From: Harriotta raleighana
Lineage: Eukaryota
DNA: 64,000 bases
Assembly (NCBI GenBank): GCA_050575255.1
Contig: JBNZDD010013510.1
Location: 722,384 to 786,383, forward strand
Direction: 5' to 3'
The position numbers and the translations under genes were made by a program. A model generated the notes under the pieces. That model did no database searches and was not told where the DNA came from. It was given only the letters and a program-made list of their open reading frames with translations. Shown one piece after another: positions 52,338 through 64,000 of the stretch; positions within the stretch are counted from its first letter, which is position 1, and every line of letters starts with the position of its first letter.

Positions 52338-53857
52338 TAGTCAGTATGGTGTGGGCTTTCACTTTATAGTGTTGCCAAGTGTGTGAATAACTAGATCAAA
52401 TCAACTACAAATGTTTTCCCAAACTGCTGTGATAACCATTCTAATGAGCTAAACAAGATAGTGGAACTGTTATTTTCAGTTTGTTTGTACTGGATCTGTG
52501 TTTGTGTTCCTTTTCCATATAGTAGATTTAGAGAAAATGCCGTCAGCAAGTAATTTTACATTTTAAATCTCTCCACCTAAAGTGTTTCGCAGCATATTCT
52601 GTAGAGTATTGTGGTTGTGTATTTGTAAGCAAATGAGGCAGCCACTTTGTGCATAGCAATGTCTCACAAACAACTATGTTTGTAATCTGAGAAATTGTTG
52701 GCTAGGACCAGGTGAGAAACTAACTGTGCTGACACCTATATGAAAGTTATCTCTGAAGATGTGTATCCTTGCTTTGATGTGAAACTTGATTTCCTGCATA
52801 ATGTTATTTGAATATTGTAACAGTATCACTTCAGTACGAACAGATTGCTTTGGCAGCGTAGCATAATTTACACATATTCAATGCTAATTATCTTTGAATT
52901 CAAAATGCGACTGTAATGTCCACAGTGAAATAGCATATCATTAAAAAGACAGACATCTTGTCACCAGACAAATGTGTTTCATTTTCTGATGTGGTTTGGC
53001 AGGAATATCTGATTCCTGTTGCAAGTGATCCTTGGCTTTCAACCTGAGGTATTAGGTATTAATTTTTGACCCTATTATAATGTAAAATACGAAGGCAGCT
53101 GACTGAGCGAACTATTACCATCCACTTTTAACAAATTGATCCCAATTTACTTTGCGTTTGATGGGAATGGAAAGTTTGACAGTTGTCATAATATCATTGG
53201 TGTCTATGCACCAATGTGTCAGCTGCAGAAGATGGAAAGCACTGCCTGGTTGGTTTTTCAAGTATGAAATTAATGTGAAGATTATTGGGGTGGAGCAGCT
53301 TTGATTTACCATTTAGTTTCCACTTCATCCATTTCTGATACTTATTCAATCTGGATTTAATTTGTTCTCCAAATGAAACAGCACTTCAGAAGCATCCATT
53401 TAAAACCCTATAAAATCAAGTGTTTTTCTTTTTAGAAAAAATACTCGCAAGTGCTAAAGATGATTAACATTCCCAGTATGATTCATAATAAATCGCATCG
53501 ACACCCACCAAGATTAAATTGATGTCCTCCCTTTTAATTATCTTTTACCAGTGCAGTCTGTGAGTTGTTGGGGCTCAAGAGAAAATCGCTTGCCTTCTGA
53601 CAGTGCTATTAACTAGCGACTGACCCAGTTTTCTGCCTCGAACCCTCTTGTTGCTCATTTGTTCTTTTCCTCCAATGTGTTCATTACTCTGAGGCTGTTT
53701 TGTTTCACACTTGCTTGTGTAAGACTGCTATCTGACTGGGGGCATTTTGAATAGACGGGTCATGCTTCAATGTGGAATTGAGTTTCTTTCCTGTCTTTTT
53801 TCCTCCCCCCTTTACAATCTCAATTTCATGTTGATTTTAATAAATTCTTAGCAAAGT

Positions 53858-54309
53858 GGAGTCCTGTGGTTAGCTCACTCCCCTTGCAAGTGAAAGGACC
53901 TGGGTTTGGTTCCCTAGGCTGGCTGAAACCAAGTTTCCTTACACACCGCTGTTTAATTAGCAGTAAGTAAGAAATCTGGTGAAGTCAATTGGCGGATCAT
54001 TTTTCCGAGGTAATAATCTTTTTTTTTAAAAGTGGGCAATCAATCCACGAGTGTTAGTGGGACACTGTTATGTACAACTTGCTGCCATATTTCGCCTACA
54101 AAATGTACAATAATAAACAACAAATATACANAAGTGGGACACTGTTATGTACAACTCGCTGCCATATTTCGCCTACAAAATGTACAATAATAACCAACAA
54201 ATATACAATAAATTAGCTTTACTGAATTAGCTTTACTCTGTGAAGCTCCTCGAGATGTCTCAAAGATACGATAAGGCGCTATATCAAAAGCAAGTATTAT
54301 TAATATTAT
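53858..54309 (+). mobile_element. diverged tRNA-derived SINE spanning the N at 54131
   Basis: GGAGTCCTGTGGTTAG...CCTTGCAAGTG head, GTGGGACACTG core (duplicated at the gap), GCGCTATATCAAA tail. Confidence 0.8.
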
Positions 54310-54379
54310 GAATTCGCCAGCCTTTTTCGGTGGTTCTGTAATTACAGTAATTACTATTGAGCGTAATGATTGTTTTTGT

Positions 54380-54570
54380 ATGCAAATGTGATGAGACATT
54401 GTGCACATCAATTGCCCCCGAAGAGCCATGTGGTGAATGACCAATTTAACTGGGGGAGTTAAATTGAGTCCTAATAGGTAGAAAGGCCGTCGGTTTGAGA
54501 TCTCATCCAAAAGATGGCTCCTCCGACACTGCAACCCTCCTCCAGCACCATATTGGAGTATCAGACGAGG
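54380..54570 (-). mobile_element. old Deu-domain SINE fragment
   Basis: GGTTTGAGATCTCATCCAAAAGATGGCTCCTCCGACACTGCAACCCTCCTCCAGCACC; homologous to 32500-32580. Confidence 0.7.
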
Positions 54571-55214
54571 TGGTCAATTTGTATTGCCTCCCCTGAGGTC
54601 ATCGTTACCTCGGCTAGTGTTTTTTCTTGCAACTGTTAACGGATGCAGTGATGTGCAGGAGCTTGCCCTCGCGAAAAGTGGCTTCATTGAATGTTTTCAA
54701 CACTCAACATTAACAAATTAGAGGTACTTGAGAAACGTATTCATGGAACGAGCATTTTTAATAAGCTTTGTAACACTCTTTCAATTGAAATATCACATAG
54801 GGCTTTGATGGCGCAGTGTCAGTCTTGAGATTTTTAAATGAGATCCACCTAACGCCGGGTGCACTCTCTAATTTGATTGTTCTATCTGTGAAAGTGTTGC
54901 CTTCACTCCTCCACAATGACTGAGGGCATCCCTCCTCTTTTGTACCTGACTCCTATTGTGTTGTCGCTGCTGAACTGTAACATCCTCAGCTTGAAGCTCA
55001 CTCGAGCAAGAAATTCTTGTTGACAAGTGCTGCTCGTCAGTGTCTAAGCTCATAGTAGAGAAAACTACTTTCAAAATAGGAATGTTGAAGCCTGGATCAA
55101 ATCCACCAACATTAACAGAGGTTCAAACACTCCCAGTGGAATCCTCCATAAAGTGAGACACTTTCAACATGGCGTTTTTGTACAACATACTGCAAACTGC
55201 TACACTCACTATGA

Positions 55215-55515
55215 CCAATATTGCTTTGTATGAGACATTAAATTGAAGTCGCAACTACCTATTCGAGTGAATGCTAAAGATCCCATGGTAGTCTTTCTAA
55301 AAGTGTAGGAGTTACTCCTTGTGTCCTAGCCAACAATCCTCCAACTAAAATTGGTAATTCACTTCATGGCTGTTTGTGGAACATTTCTGTGTGCAAATTG
55401 GCTCCCATGTTCACCCACAAATATAGTCACTACACTTTACAGCACATCCTATGAAGTGCTTTGAGATCTGCTCCTGACAGGAAAGGCACTACATCAAATG
55501 TAAAGATTATTATTT
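55215..55515 (+). mobile_element. Deu-domain SINE
   Basis: ATGAGACATTAAA...TAAAGATCCCATGG...GGAGTTACTCCTTGTGTCCTAGCCAACA...GCTGTTTGTGG...GTGTGCAAATTGGCT, then the tail. Confidence 0.75.
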
Positions 55516-55632
55516 AGCAATATTCATTTTTTAACATGAAACTAAAAAAAAGGCTCTTTTGTAGTGGTACCTTCCCTGTTAATTCTCGCTTTTAACATAC
55601 ATTTTCTTCCCCATTTAGACAAGCAAAAAGTA

Positions 55633-55700
55633 TGAGATTTTTGCTTTAGTTACACATTGTGGCAAGACTTTCACAATGTGCAACTAAAGCAAAAATCTCA
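55633..55700. repeat. inverted repeat / hairpin, 29-bp arms (1 mismatch), 10-nt loop
   Basis: TGAGATTTTTGCTTTAGTTACACATTGTG-GCAAGACTTT-CACAATGTGCAACTAAAGCAAAAATCTCA. Confidence 0.95.
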
Positions 55701-56062
55701 GTGAGGACCTGAGCCATGGAGATGGCTGTAGATTTGATTATTGCATTTTGCTGCTTCATCTGATCTCAACAGTGTAGATTTAGAGGCATTGCAATTTGCC
55801 TTAAGCTGTGCCTAGAGTTTCGATAGGTAGCTTGAGTGCTGATCAGTGATTCTCTACTGAAAAACGTAGTGTGTGGAGGACATCTGGTGAGGGCTTTTCT
55901 TGGCTGCCCCACAGACATCGCCTATAAACACTCCACTGTTGCATACAAAGGCGACTTTATTCAAGCTTGACTTAGAACGTAGGGAAGTAACTATCCAACT
56001 AAACACAACTATTTGACTTTTTATATTTTATATTGGCCTGTGTTCAGAGCAGCAAAGATAAT

Positions 56063-56345
56063 ACAACAAAATTACATTAGTAAAATGTTAGGAGGAAGTC
56101 ACAAAATGTTGAACAGTTAAGGGTTTAGACCCGAGCATGGGGGAATGGTTGACATGTGGGAGGGCAGAGGGGATTCAAGGGCGGTTGAAGGCACGGTCGA
56201 AAAGAAGCTTCCTGAGTCATGCCTTGAAGGAGCAAGAATTAATAATCTTTGCATTGTTCTATCTGTGAAAGTGCCTTATTACGTCTTCGAGATGTCTCAA
56301 AGTGCTTCACTGAATATAGTATGTGGTGAATTGACTATATTTTGC
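56063..56345 (-). mobile_element. L2 3' end (56063-56232) adjacent to a SINE tail (56240-56345)
   Basis: Minus strand TCCTTCAAGGCC...CTTTTCGACCGTGCCTTC matches the 36411 region; GACCCGAGCA motif present; then GTGCCTTATTACGTCTTCGAGATGTCTCAAAGTGCTTCAC. Confidence 0.75.
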
Positions 56346-57004
56346 GTCAGAAATCACAATAACATTTATAGGCCACTTGGTCACTTTGCTGTGTAGAGAA
56401 TAATATGAGAAATTAAGAAAAATATTAATTACAAGACAACTAAATCTTCATCCAAGCTCAAAGTGGATTACAGAGAAACAATTGTCTCACACTCTGTGTC
56501 GTAGGGAACTTGTCAATGGTCCTACGGCTTTAACTTGCTGTTGGATTTCAGACAAAGGCACTATGCTGTGTGAAATTTTCTGCGTGATTAATGAGCAAAC
56601 CTGAGCCAAGGTCAGGCAGATTTAATATTAAAGTTTCTGCTGCCTTCCTCATTTAGTTTATGAATGTCTTGTGTTAAGAAGAGTGAGGAGATGCTTCAGG
56701 ATCTGTGCTTCTTGAATGTTCCCGACGTATTTAAATTTAAAGCTGTGCTGCTTCTTACATCGGTGCTGTTAAAGAAAGAGAATAGAAAGTGATGATGGAC
56801 CACAATTATAACCGTTGATGCATCTTTCTCTCCTTTGTGTGGCAACATCCCCACAGCAGCTATCAACTGACCTTAACTGCTCCCAGACATTTTTGGCCAC
56901 TGTGCTCTTGTTATGACTCTTAAAAGTCCCACGGGTAATTGAGTACTCGCTCACCTGTGGGAGGATTTTAGCCCTTATATGCACATTCCTCTTGTCAATG
57001 ACAG

Positions 57005-57150
57005 AGCTCCCTCCCTCACTTCGTTCAAGGTCCATCTCAAGACCTATTCAACTGTGCTTTTGGGCATCTCTCTCCTTCTCCACCCACTTTGGCTCTCAAC
57101 CTAAGCACAAGCTCCAGCAGTGTTAAGTACTTTAAGATGTCCTTCCAAAG
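57005..57150 (+). mobile_element. degraded L2 3' end
   Basis: CCCTCCCTCACTTCGTTCAAGGTCCATCTCAAGACCTAT encodes PSLTSFKVHLKTY, followed by a pyrimidine UTR. Confidence 0.6.
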
Positions 57151-58699
57151 CAATCAATATACACTGTGCTTGGATCAGAATTTGACCTACTGAAAATCCC
57201 AAATAATAACCCTTGCTTTTTGTGAATAAACACATTCCCACACTGTGCCATTGAGTCACTGCAGGAAACTTAGGTTTGAACAATAAATAAAGTCTGCAAT
57301 AATATATTGCAGTAGCACATCAGAGCTGATGAACATGTGGTGAGTGGGTCCCAAATCTGCATCTCCCTCTTCAGTTAGTTGAGTAAAATTGATGTATCGC
57401 TTGCTAAGTAAGGCGTACTTGGTGTTTAATGTTCAAACCTGTCAATTTTATTCCTGTGCATCATTATTAATGAACTTCCTCAACCAGAACAATATGTCAT
57501 CTGTTTTATTAAACAGGCTGCACTAATTTCTGTGAATGTACTTCAGGGTAATTAGCTCAGTAATCTGTGAGCATGCCTTTTGGAAGCCATTGCTGTAAAT
57601 CAGAATACACCTGAATGATTGAACTGTCCCCCCCTGCATTGCTACACAAGCTGCCTTTTAATAGAGTCTATTGATGATAAAACGTGTTCCCCAGGGCATC
57701 GTTGCACCTCTGGAAACCTCAGAAGCAGCCTTCCCGTTAACCTGTTACTTTAAATCATTGGGACATGTTACTATTGTAGCAGAAGGGAGGTACATGAAAA
57801 AATAAATGGAGGGGAATGTAGAGAAGAAATTTCCTGAAGTATTGTACATCATTGACTGTGTCAATTATATGAAATTAAGTTAGAAATCCTGACTTCTTGT
57901 GAAATACAGCAACTGAGAGATTTGCTTTGACGAATAAAAACAGAGAAGCAGACGGATATGCGGTGGCCGAGGATCCTATGTAGTAAACATCTGTGAAGGA
58001 AACTGGACTAAACATGTCATATCAAGAGTAGAAAAGTTCTGGATTACTAATCGCTTCGGTAGTCACTTCTTGTATAAAATTAATCACTTCTGTTTACAGT
58101 ACTAGGAGAGTGCACCAGCTTGGCAGGTCAGTCTTGAAGGTGGTGTGAAGACTTTGATGCCACATTGTCATTTTTGTCAGTGTTTTAGCAGAAGGATATC
58201 AACCAAAACAGCTTTCTGGTGAGGCTTCTTTGCAGTCCTACGATCAATATCTATGGAAAGATGATTTTTATATTTCACTGGAAATACCTCACACGGTGTG
58301 TTCTGAAATACCTTGTAAATTAGGGTATTGTCATTTAATTTTCATTAAAACCTTTGGCTCCGAGGACGTCACCTTTTCAATAAAACAAACCTCCCAGCAG
58401 TGGCCCTGTTGAGTGGTGTTTTTCGACCAGAGATAAAATAATTCTGCATCAATTCTGTACTTTCTAAGCATTCTTTTCCTGCCAGTTCATGATGAGTCTC
58501 TATCAGTAATTGTCATGTACTCAATTTGACACTCTTTATAGTCTCCTAAATTTCCTGTCTCTCCATCTCTGTCCCCCAGTTTCTGCAAAGTGGAAATTGG
58601 AAATGAATGACGCGATATCCCTATATTACACAAGCTGTAAATTAACCTTCCCCCACCACTGACTTACTGCCTTTTTTTCTTTTTGCTTATCAAGGTGAA

Positions 58700-58890
58700 G
58701 AATATCAGTAAACGCAGAAATGTGGGAAAGGCCAGAACAGGTAAACAAGCACCTGAAAGAGGAGGGGGAAAAACCTGAGCATTATAGGAGTGACCTTTGA
58801 TCAGGACATTTTAAAGGCTAGATATTGAAATGTTCTTTGCTTGGCCAGGTGTTGAGCATGTGGAACATTTTTGGTTTGTTGTTCAGATGC
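58700..58890. mobile_element. highly degraded Penelope-type terminal fragment(s)
   Basis: GCAGAAATGTGGGAAAG...ACAGGTAAACAAGCACCTG...GTGACCTTTGATCAG resembles 17312-17455; a weak inverted counterpart follows. Confidence 0.4.
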
Positions 58891-60319
58891 TAACTTTTTA
58901 TTTGAGAGATGTTAATGGCTTTCTGAACTACCTAGATCTGTACGAAGGCAGTCGGATGCACAGTTGGAGTGCTGTCTACTCTGCTTGAACAAAATGTCTC
59001 TGTGCCTCTATTAAACCAGCATATTTTCAGCTTCACACGGGAACCATCCCAGTGGCCTTCCTGAGTTAAAATAAGACCTATCAGTGCCACTAAGTAGGAT
59101 TGGCAGCACAGGGCGTAATGGTAATCAGCAAACATATGCTGGAAATCATATGCCATTTGTTACATAATGGAAAACCTTGTCTGATTTTGTACTCTGACCC
59201 CCGTAGTGTGATATTACTAAACCTGAAACACTGCTAAAATGAGGCAATTATCTCCGTTACAGCTTTACATTTCAAAAATTGTTTCAGGGATATAAATTCT
59301 GGGTGCAATCTCACAAGCTTTTGTATTCTATACAGATTGGTGCATTTATATGAATATGCAGTCTGGAGGGTACTATAATAATTGGGTAATGAGGTGATGT
59401 GAATATCATTCCACGATATTATAAATTCGGAGGCTGAAAAGCCAAAAGGTGAGCGGTTTCTGAGAATGTTAACTGCCACAGACAATTGAACAGAGAAGCT
59501 GGCGTCTTTGTTCTACTTCATTTGCTGTGTGGTACGGAGCCATTGGGGACATCAGCCACGCCACCAACAGAACGTGAAGAACAGAATCAGCTAGCAAGGT
59601 AGACTTGACAAGTGGAGAGAGAAGCAGGTCATACAAGCTATTGCAACTATTGTTAATCCCCTTGGATATAATCGCTTTGTCTGAAGTTACAACACTGTGT
59701 AAGAGGCACTGAGAAAGATGAATGCAAAGTAATTTCTATCTTATCCGTTTCAGCCATATTTTGTTTTTGAGAAAGCTGCCTTTTTTTGTGGTAAAGTACA
59801 CACTTAATGCTCTCTCCTCATTCTGTAATTTATTCTCTGTGATCACCTGAAGATTCCTTCCTGTAGCCCCGAGCTGTGCATCATTCTGCGATTGAAACTT
59901 GCTCTCTGGCCTGTTCCTGATGATGTTTTTAGAATGATTGGTAGGAAGCACGGCATGTCTTATCACAGCCTGCTTCCTTAGGGAAGTAACTTGTCCTCTT
60001 ACTTAATGAAGTGTCTGTCTTGTCCTCTTGCCTAAATATAGAAGCACATCTAACTCAGCCACGGCTGCTGGCGCTAACATTGGGAAGACTGCATTGAGAG
60101 CATGGCTGTGTGGGCACTCCACTGTCTGATTGATCTGAAGATGAAACAAACCTGAGCTTTGTTGGAAAGGATAACGGCACAGAATCATTCCAATTTACAC
60201 CGGTAACTTTCAGGTATAAAATCAGAAAAAATAAGTTTTACCTCAACCTTTCTTACCCCATCTCCCTCCCCCTCCTGCCCAGATTCTCCACATCACACTC
60301 ATGTTCTTCATATATTCTA

Positions 60320-60620
60320 GTAATATGTGGAGACATTCACCCAATCAAGTCAATTCTGATGGTTCATAGATCTTGGAAGCTCTTTTATAATCCAATTTCT
60401 CCCTACTTTTTTCTCCCATATCCTTTAATACCCTTTCTTTCTCAAGTGTGTGACTATCTCCCTTGTTAAATTTCTCATTTGATTCTGTAGCCTGAGCCAG
60501 TACATTCCACATTCTCCAGCCTAATGTGTGAAGAATAATTTTCTGATTTCACTTTCAATCTATATTCTCCAAGGTCTATTCTCGCCCTTCAACAAATCTT
60601 TCTAGGTTTCTCCACAGTCA
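60320..60620 (-). mobile_element. degraded CR1 3' end
   Basis: CCCATATCCTTTAATACCCTTTCTTTCTCAAG...ACATTCCACATTCT...TGTGTGAAGAATAATTTTCTG; collinear with 43500-43660. Confidence 0.65.
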
Positions 60621-60870
60621 AGAGCTTGTCTCTGGAGATGCTGGCAAAAACAACTTGCTTGTTCTCTTCACTGCCAACAATTCTGAGTAATTTCCCCCCC
60701 CCCCATTCGCTTGCTCTGTCTATTATATGCATGTAGATTCTGCTGTATAGGCATACTTGCGTTTTGGTGGTCAGGTCGTTTATGGTAACCGGGGAGAGGA
60801 AAAGGAACTAAACAGGTAAATAGAGTGTGAACAATGGTTGAAACTGGACCAAGTTTTTAAAAATATTTAC

Positions 60871-60902
<32 letters not shown>
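60871..60902. repeat. (TA)n(CA)n microsatellite
   Basis: Directly visible. Confidence 0.95.
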
Positions 60903-61546
60903 GTTGTCATGTGCTCCCTTTCGTGGCCATTTGCAATTTGAGGAGAGCAAAGGGAAGTTTAATTGCAGCACTAATAAATGGCGGGCACTGTTAGAGCAAG
61001 GGACAATGCTGCTTCTGGAGGGTGGCGTTCATGAAGGATTCCTTTGTGATTCTCAGAGAGCACCAGGGCTCGCTGCAGGCATTTGTCAGCTGTGTCACTA
61101 CACAGAACACTTCAAACGCAGGAGGTACAAGTGGAACGATAGCTGACATCTCCAGGCTGCAGGCTGCAGTGAGACTTGAAGCATATCTGTGATTTGTGCC
61201 ACAATAATGTGAAACGGAGCAAAGAGGGAACAATTCAATGCAAGATCATCTGTTTGGATCAATTGATAGGTAAGTCTTACATAGCAGTCTCAGGCCATTG
61301 GTCAATAATAAGAGTCCATATGCTTGTGTCAAGACGGACAAGAGTAAAGCACTTCTCATCCTGTCATGATTGCTTTGTGTCGATCCCGATATCTATATGA
61401 CTCCCCAAGATGCTAAAGTGCATGAATAGTGCTGTGTAAATAAAGTTGTTGTATAATTAATAGGCACAGGCAACTCTCTTATCATAGAGTCAATAAATTC
61501 TTGCTCTTCAGTTGTATAAATTTACACATTTGCATTACATGTAGAT

Positions 61547-61829
61547 TTACAGCATGAAACCTGTGTTTCGAATCCAGGCAGGTCAGGGCGAAACCTTGGG
61601 CAAGTTTCCTTAATCCACATCCCTAGCAATAATCCCTCCAAAAGTAATATAATAAATTTGTCATTTCAACCCACGACTGTTTGTGGGACACTGCTGTGCG
61701 CAATTGGCTGCTGTGTTTCGCTCAGTCAAATATACAGTCAATTCACTTTGCAGTATATTTTGTGAAGTGCTTTGAGATGTCTGGAAGATGTGAAAAGCGC
61801 AATATCAAATGCGAGGATTAATATCATTA
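61547..61829 (+). mobile_element. tRNA-derived SINE, truncated within the head
   Basis: CCTGTGTTTCGAATCCAGGCAGGTCAGGGCGAAACCTTGGGCAAG...GTGAAAAGCGCAATATCAAATGC. Confidence 0.92.
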
Positions 61830-64000
61830 GTATTTACACATGTTATTCAAGCCAACTGAAGAGTTTTTTTTAAAAAATCTTTCAAAGTTTTATAAATAAA
61901 CCTTTCAAATCATTCATTTGTGAAATTCTCTTGAAAGGGTTTAAGATGGAAATCTAAATCAATAATTCAGTAAAGACCAGAAATTAAAGACAAAGTCAGT
62001 ACTTCCCATTGAATTACAAGGTGCTTGTTTGTAAACTTGTTTACTTGTATAAAAGTTCTAAAGAGCTAATATTTTTATGATAATGGTTTCTATTATAAGT
62101 TAACCTAACCTACTGTTTAAGAAACCCTTTGAATGTGAAGAATTTACACTTAATCTGTCCTAGTTTTCATTTTGTCCTATGCCATCAGTATTTGAAGGTC
62201 TGTACTGAAGAGTCCTGGAACATTAGTGAAGGGAGTAAGGCAAACAGTTTTCATTGACTCCAACCTACATCAATAAGCTTCAACTAAATCTTCACACTTC
62301 ACCAGCAAACAATGCATTGCATTTCGTCAATGACAAATGTTTGATATTTGTTGTACAGAACTAAGAAATGTAGATCCTGCTAATTCAATTTTTGAGTCAG
62401 TTAAAGGTCATGCTAAATGAGCCATTAATAATTTAACAACATGGGATCATACTAATTATAATCAGGCAATCTATTCCAATTCGAAGTTTAACACTGAGAT
62501 TTCATGACCACATTTTGTTATGAATAAAATATATTCTTTATTTTTCCTGTGGCCTGCTATCTAAGGCTTTCAGAACAGCTGGATGTCAGGCAGCGAAGTA
62601 AGCAACTCTGTATTTTAAGTTTGAAACTGTTTCAGGGTGATGGTATTGTTATATTTACTGGAATGTGTGTGACCTGTTGTGAGAGCTGATGGGATTCATG
62701 CCAGCAAAGGTTTGAATCACCAGGTCAAACTTGCTGTGGCAAAGTTGGAGCTTTGAAACTTGAAAGTGTGTAGATTTTAATCCACAGGTTTCACAATTGC
62801 AGACTCAGCATTATCCGATCCATCTTGAATCCTCTACTCTTATTTTCAACATTAATAGCATCCTGCACTAAAGCCTTCATCCTGCCAGGTTCCTGAGTGA
62901 ATGTTTCTGAGGAACATATTATGGTATATTAATTTGTTTCATTTGACTTCATTTGACTGGTTTATTTGACAATTTGCCAAAATGAACTCTACTCATTAAA
63001 ATCTTTTGTTTTATCAAGCATTAACATAGAACATTTTCTCCATTTCAAATGCTCCCTGTGCTTGGAGTTGTGGTCTGACTGACAGTCTTCTTTAAGTTTG
63101 TGTGATCGAGAACATTAGTCACTTGAAACCAAGTGTGAAACTAAATGATCCAATAACCTCATAAAAGCTTGATTTAGCAATTTTCCTGGGCTGTTTTGTT
63201 TGTGTGATATTCTGCTCGCTAGCTGTTTGCTTGTTACTTCCAACTAAGACTAAACAACACTGCTCCGATTCCAAAAGTTATTTTGGTTATTCCAGATATT
63301 ATTTGTAACCAGTTTTAAACAAAACTACACACAAAATTGCTATACAGTGCAAGAGACATTCCAAATTTTATTTTTTATGCATTGTTTCATTGTTAATTTA
63401 TGCAGTCTTATTGTGAATAAAACTGATTTATGGCTACCTCTCCAAATTGGTTAGCAGTGCAACTGACTTATTTCGACCTAGCAATGATAGCAAGGAATGA
63501 CATGGGTTCAATCCTGTGACAGGTGTTTCGGGATCTTATTTTATTGAACGATAATATGGGTTGCAACAAACTCAAGGTGAGAGAACTGTTGCAGTGAAAG
63601 TAAATAAGGTGAGATAACATAAAAAGAAAGGTGCTGTAGGATTAAGTGGAGCCAAAGTACATAATGGGATCATTTGTTGGTGTCGGTTGGGAACAACTGG
63701 CCATTCATTTTTGATTTATGGAGGTGACAAGCTTGCCTTCAGAGAATGAGAAGATGGGTGTCAGATGCTCCGACAGATTTGCATTTGTAATGAGGAAAGT
63801 TTCTGCTCAAATGAGGTTACTGTAAAAGTTTGGTTCTGTTCAGTAGGAATAATTTAGGGTTGCCTTTGCAGCATGTCTTGCCAGGTCCTGTCGCTGATAA
63901 GCTTTTAATTATTTGAGAGCTTCCTTAAGGTGAGATCTTTTTGATTGAAGAAAACAAAACAAATACATAGCTGACTGCTTGATGCTGTTGCAAGTATAAC

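Noticed and set aside
60032-60041. MEF2 consensus CTAAATATAG
   Set aside because: A single 10-mer in AT-rich DNA is expected by chance.
212-61400. The short ORFs in the six-frame track as genes
   Set aside because: They are 60-170 aa, often with non-ATG starts, overlap repeats or have low-complexity composition. Only the CR1/L2 remnants and the 19960 candidate show recognisable signal.

Overview
AT-rich vertebrate nuclear DNA with no intact long ORF and no prokaryotic-type system (no CRISPR array, operon or rRNA). The repeat content points to a cartilaginous fish, which is an inference from repeat families. The window looks like intron or intergenic sequence of a large gene. It is dominated by one tRNA-derived SINE family (about 18 copies or fragments). 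It also holds older Deu-domain (SacSINE1/AmnSINE1-like) SINEs, 3' ends of L2 LINEs, decayed CR1 LINE ORF2 fragments, several Tigger/pogo-type MITEs (CAGT...ACTG ends, TA target sites) and Penelope-type terminal fragments with a decayed hammerhead core. Six single-N scaffold junctions are each flanked by a duplicated overlap, so those duplications are assembly artefacts, some recording two alleles. The best non-repeat signals are (i) a candidate TATA promoter plus short first coding exon ending in a consensus G|GTAAGT donor (about 19754-20083), (ii) a 68-nt near-perfect hairpin at 55633-55700, and (iii) a chimeric SINE/L2 3'-UTR element at 41750-42215. I found no convincing evidence for a wholly new biological system. 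All family assignments are from motif recognition, not database searches.
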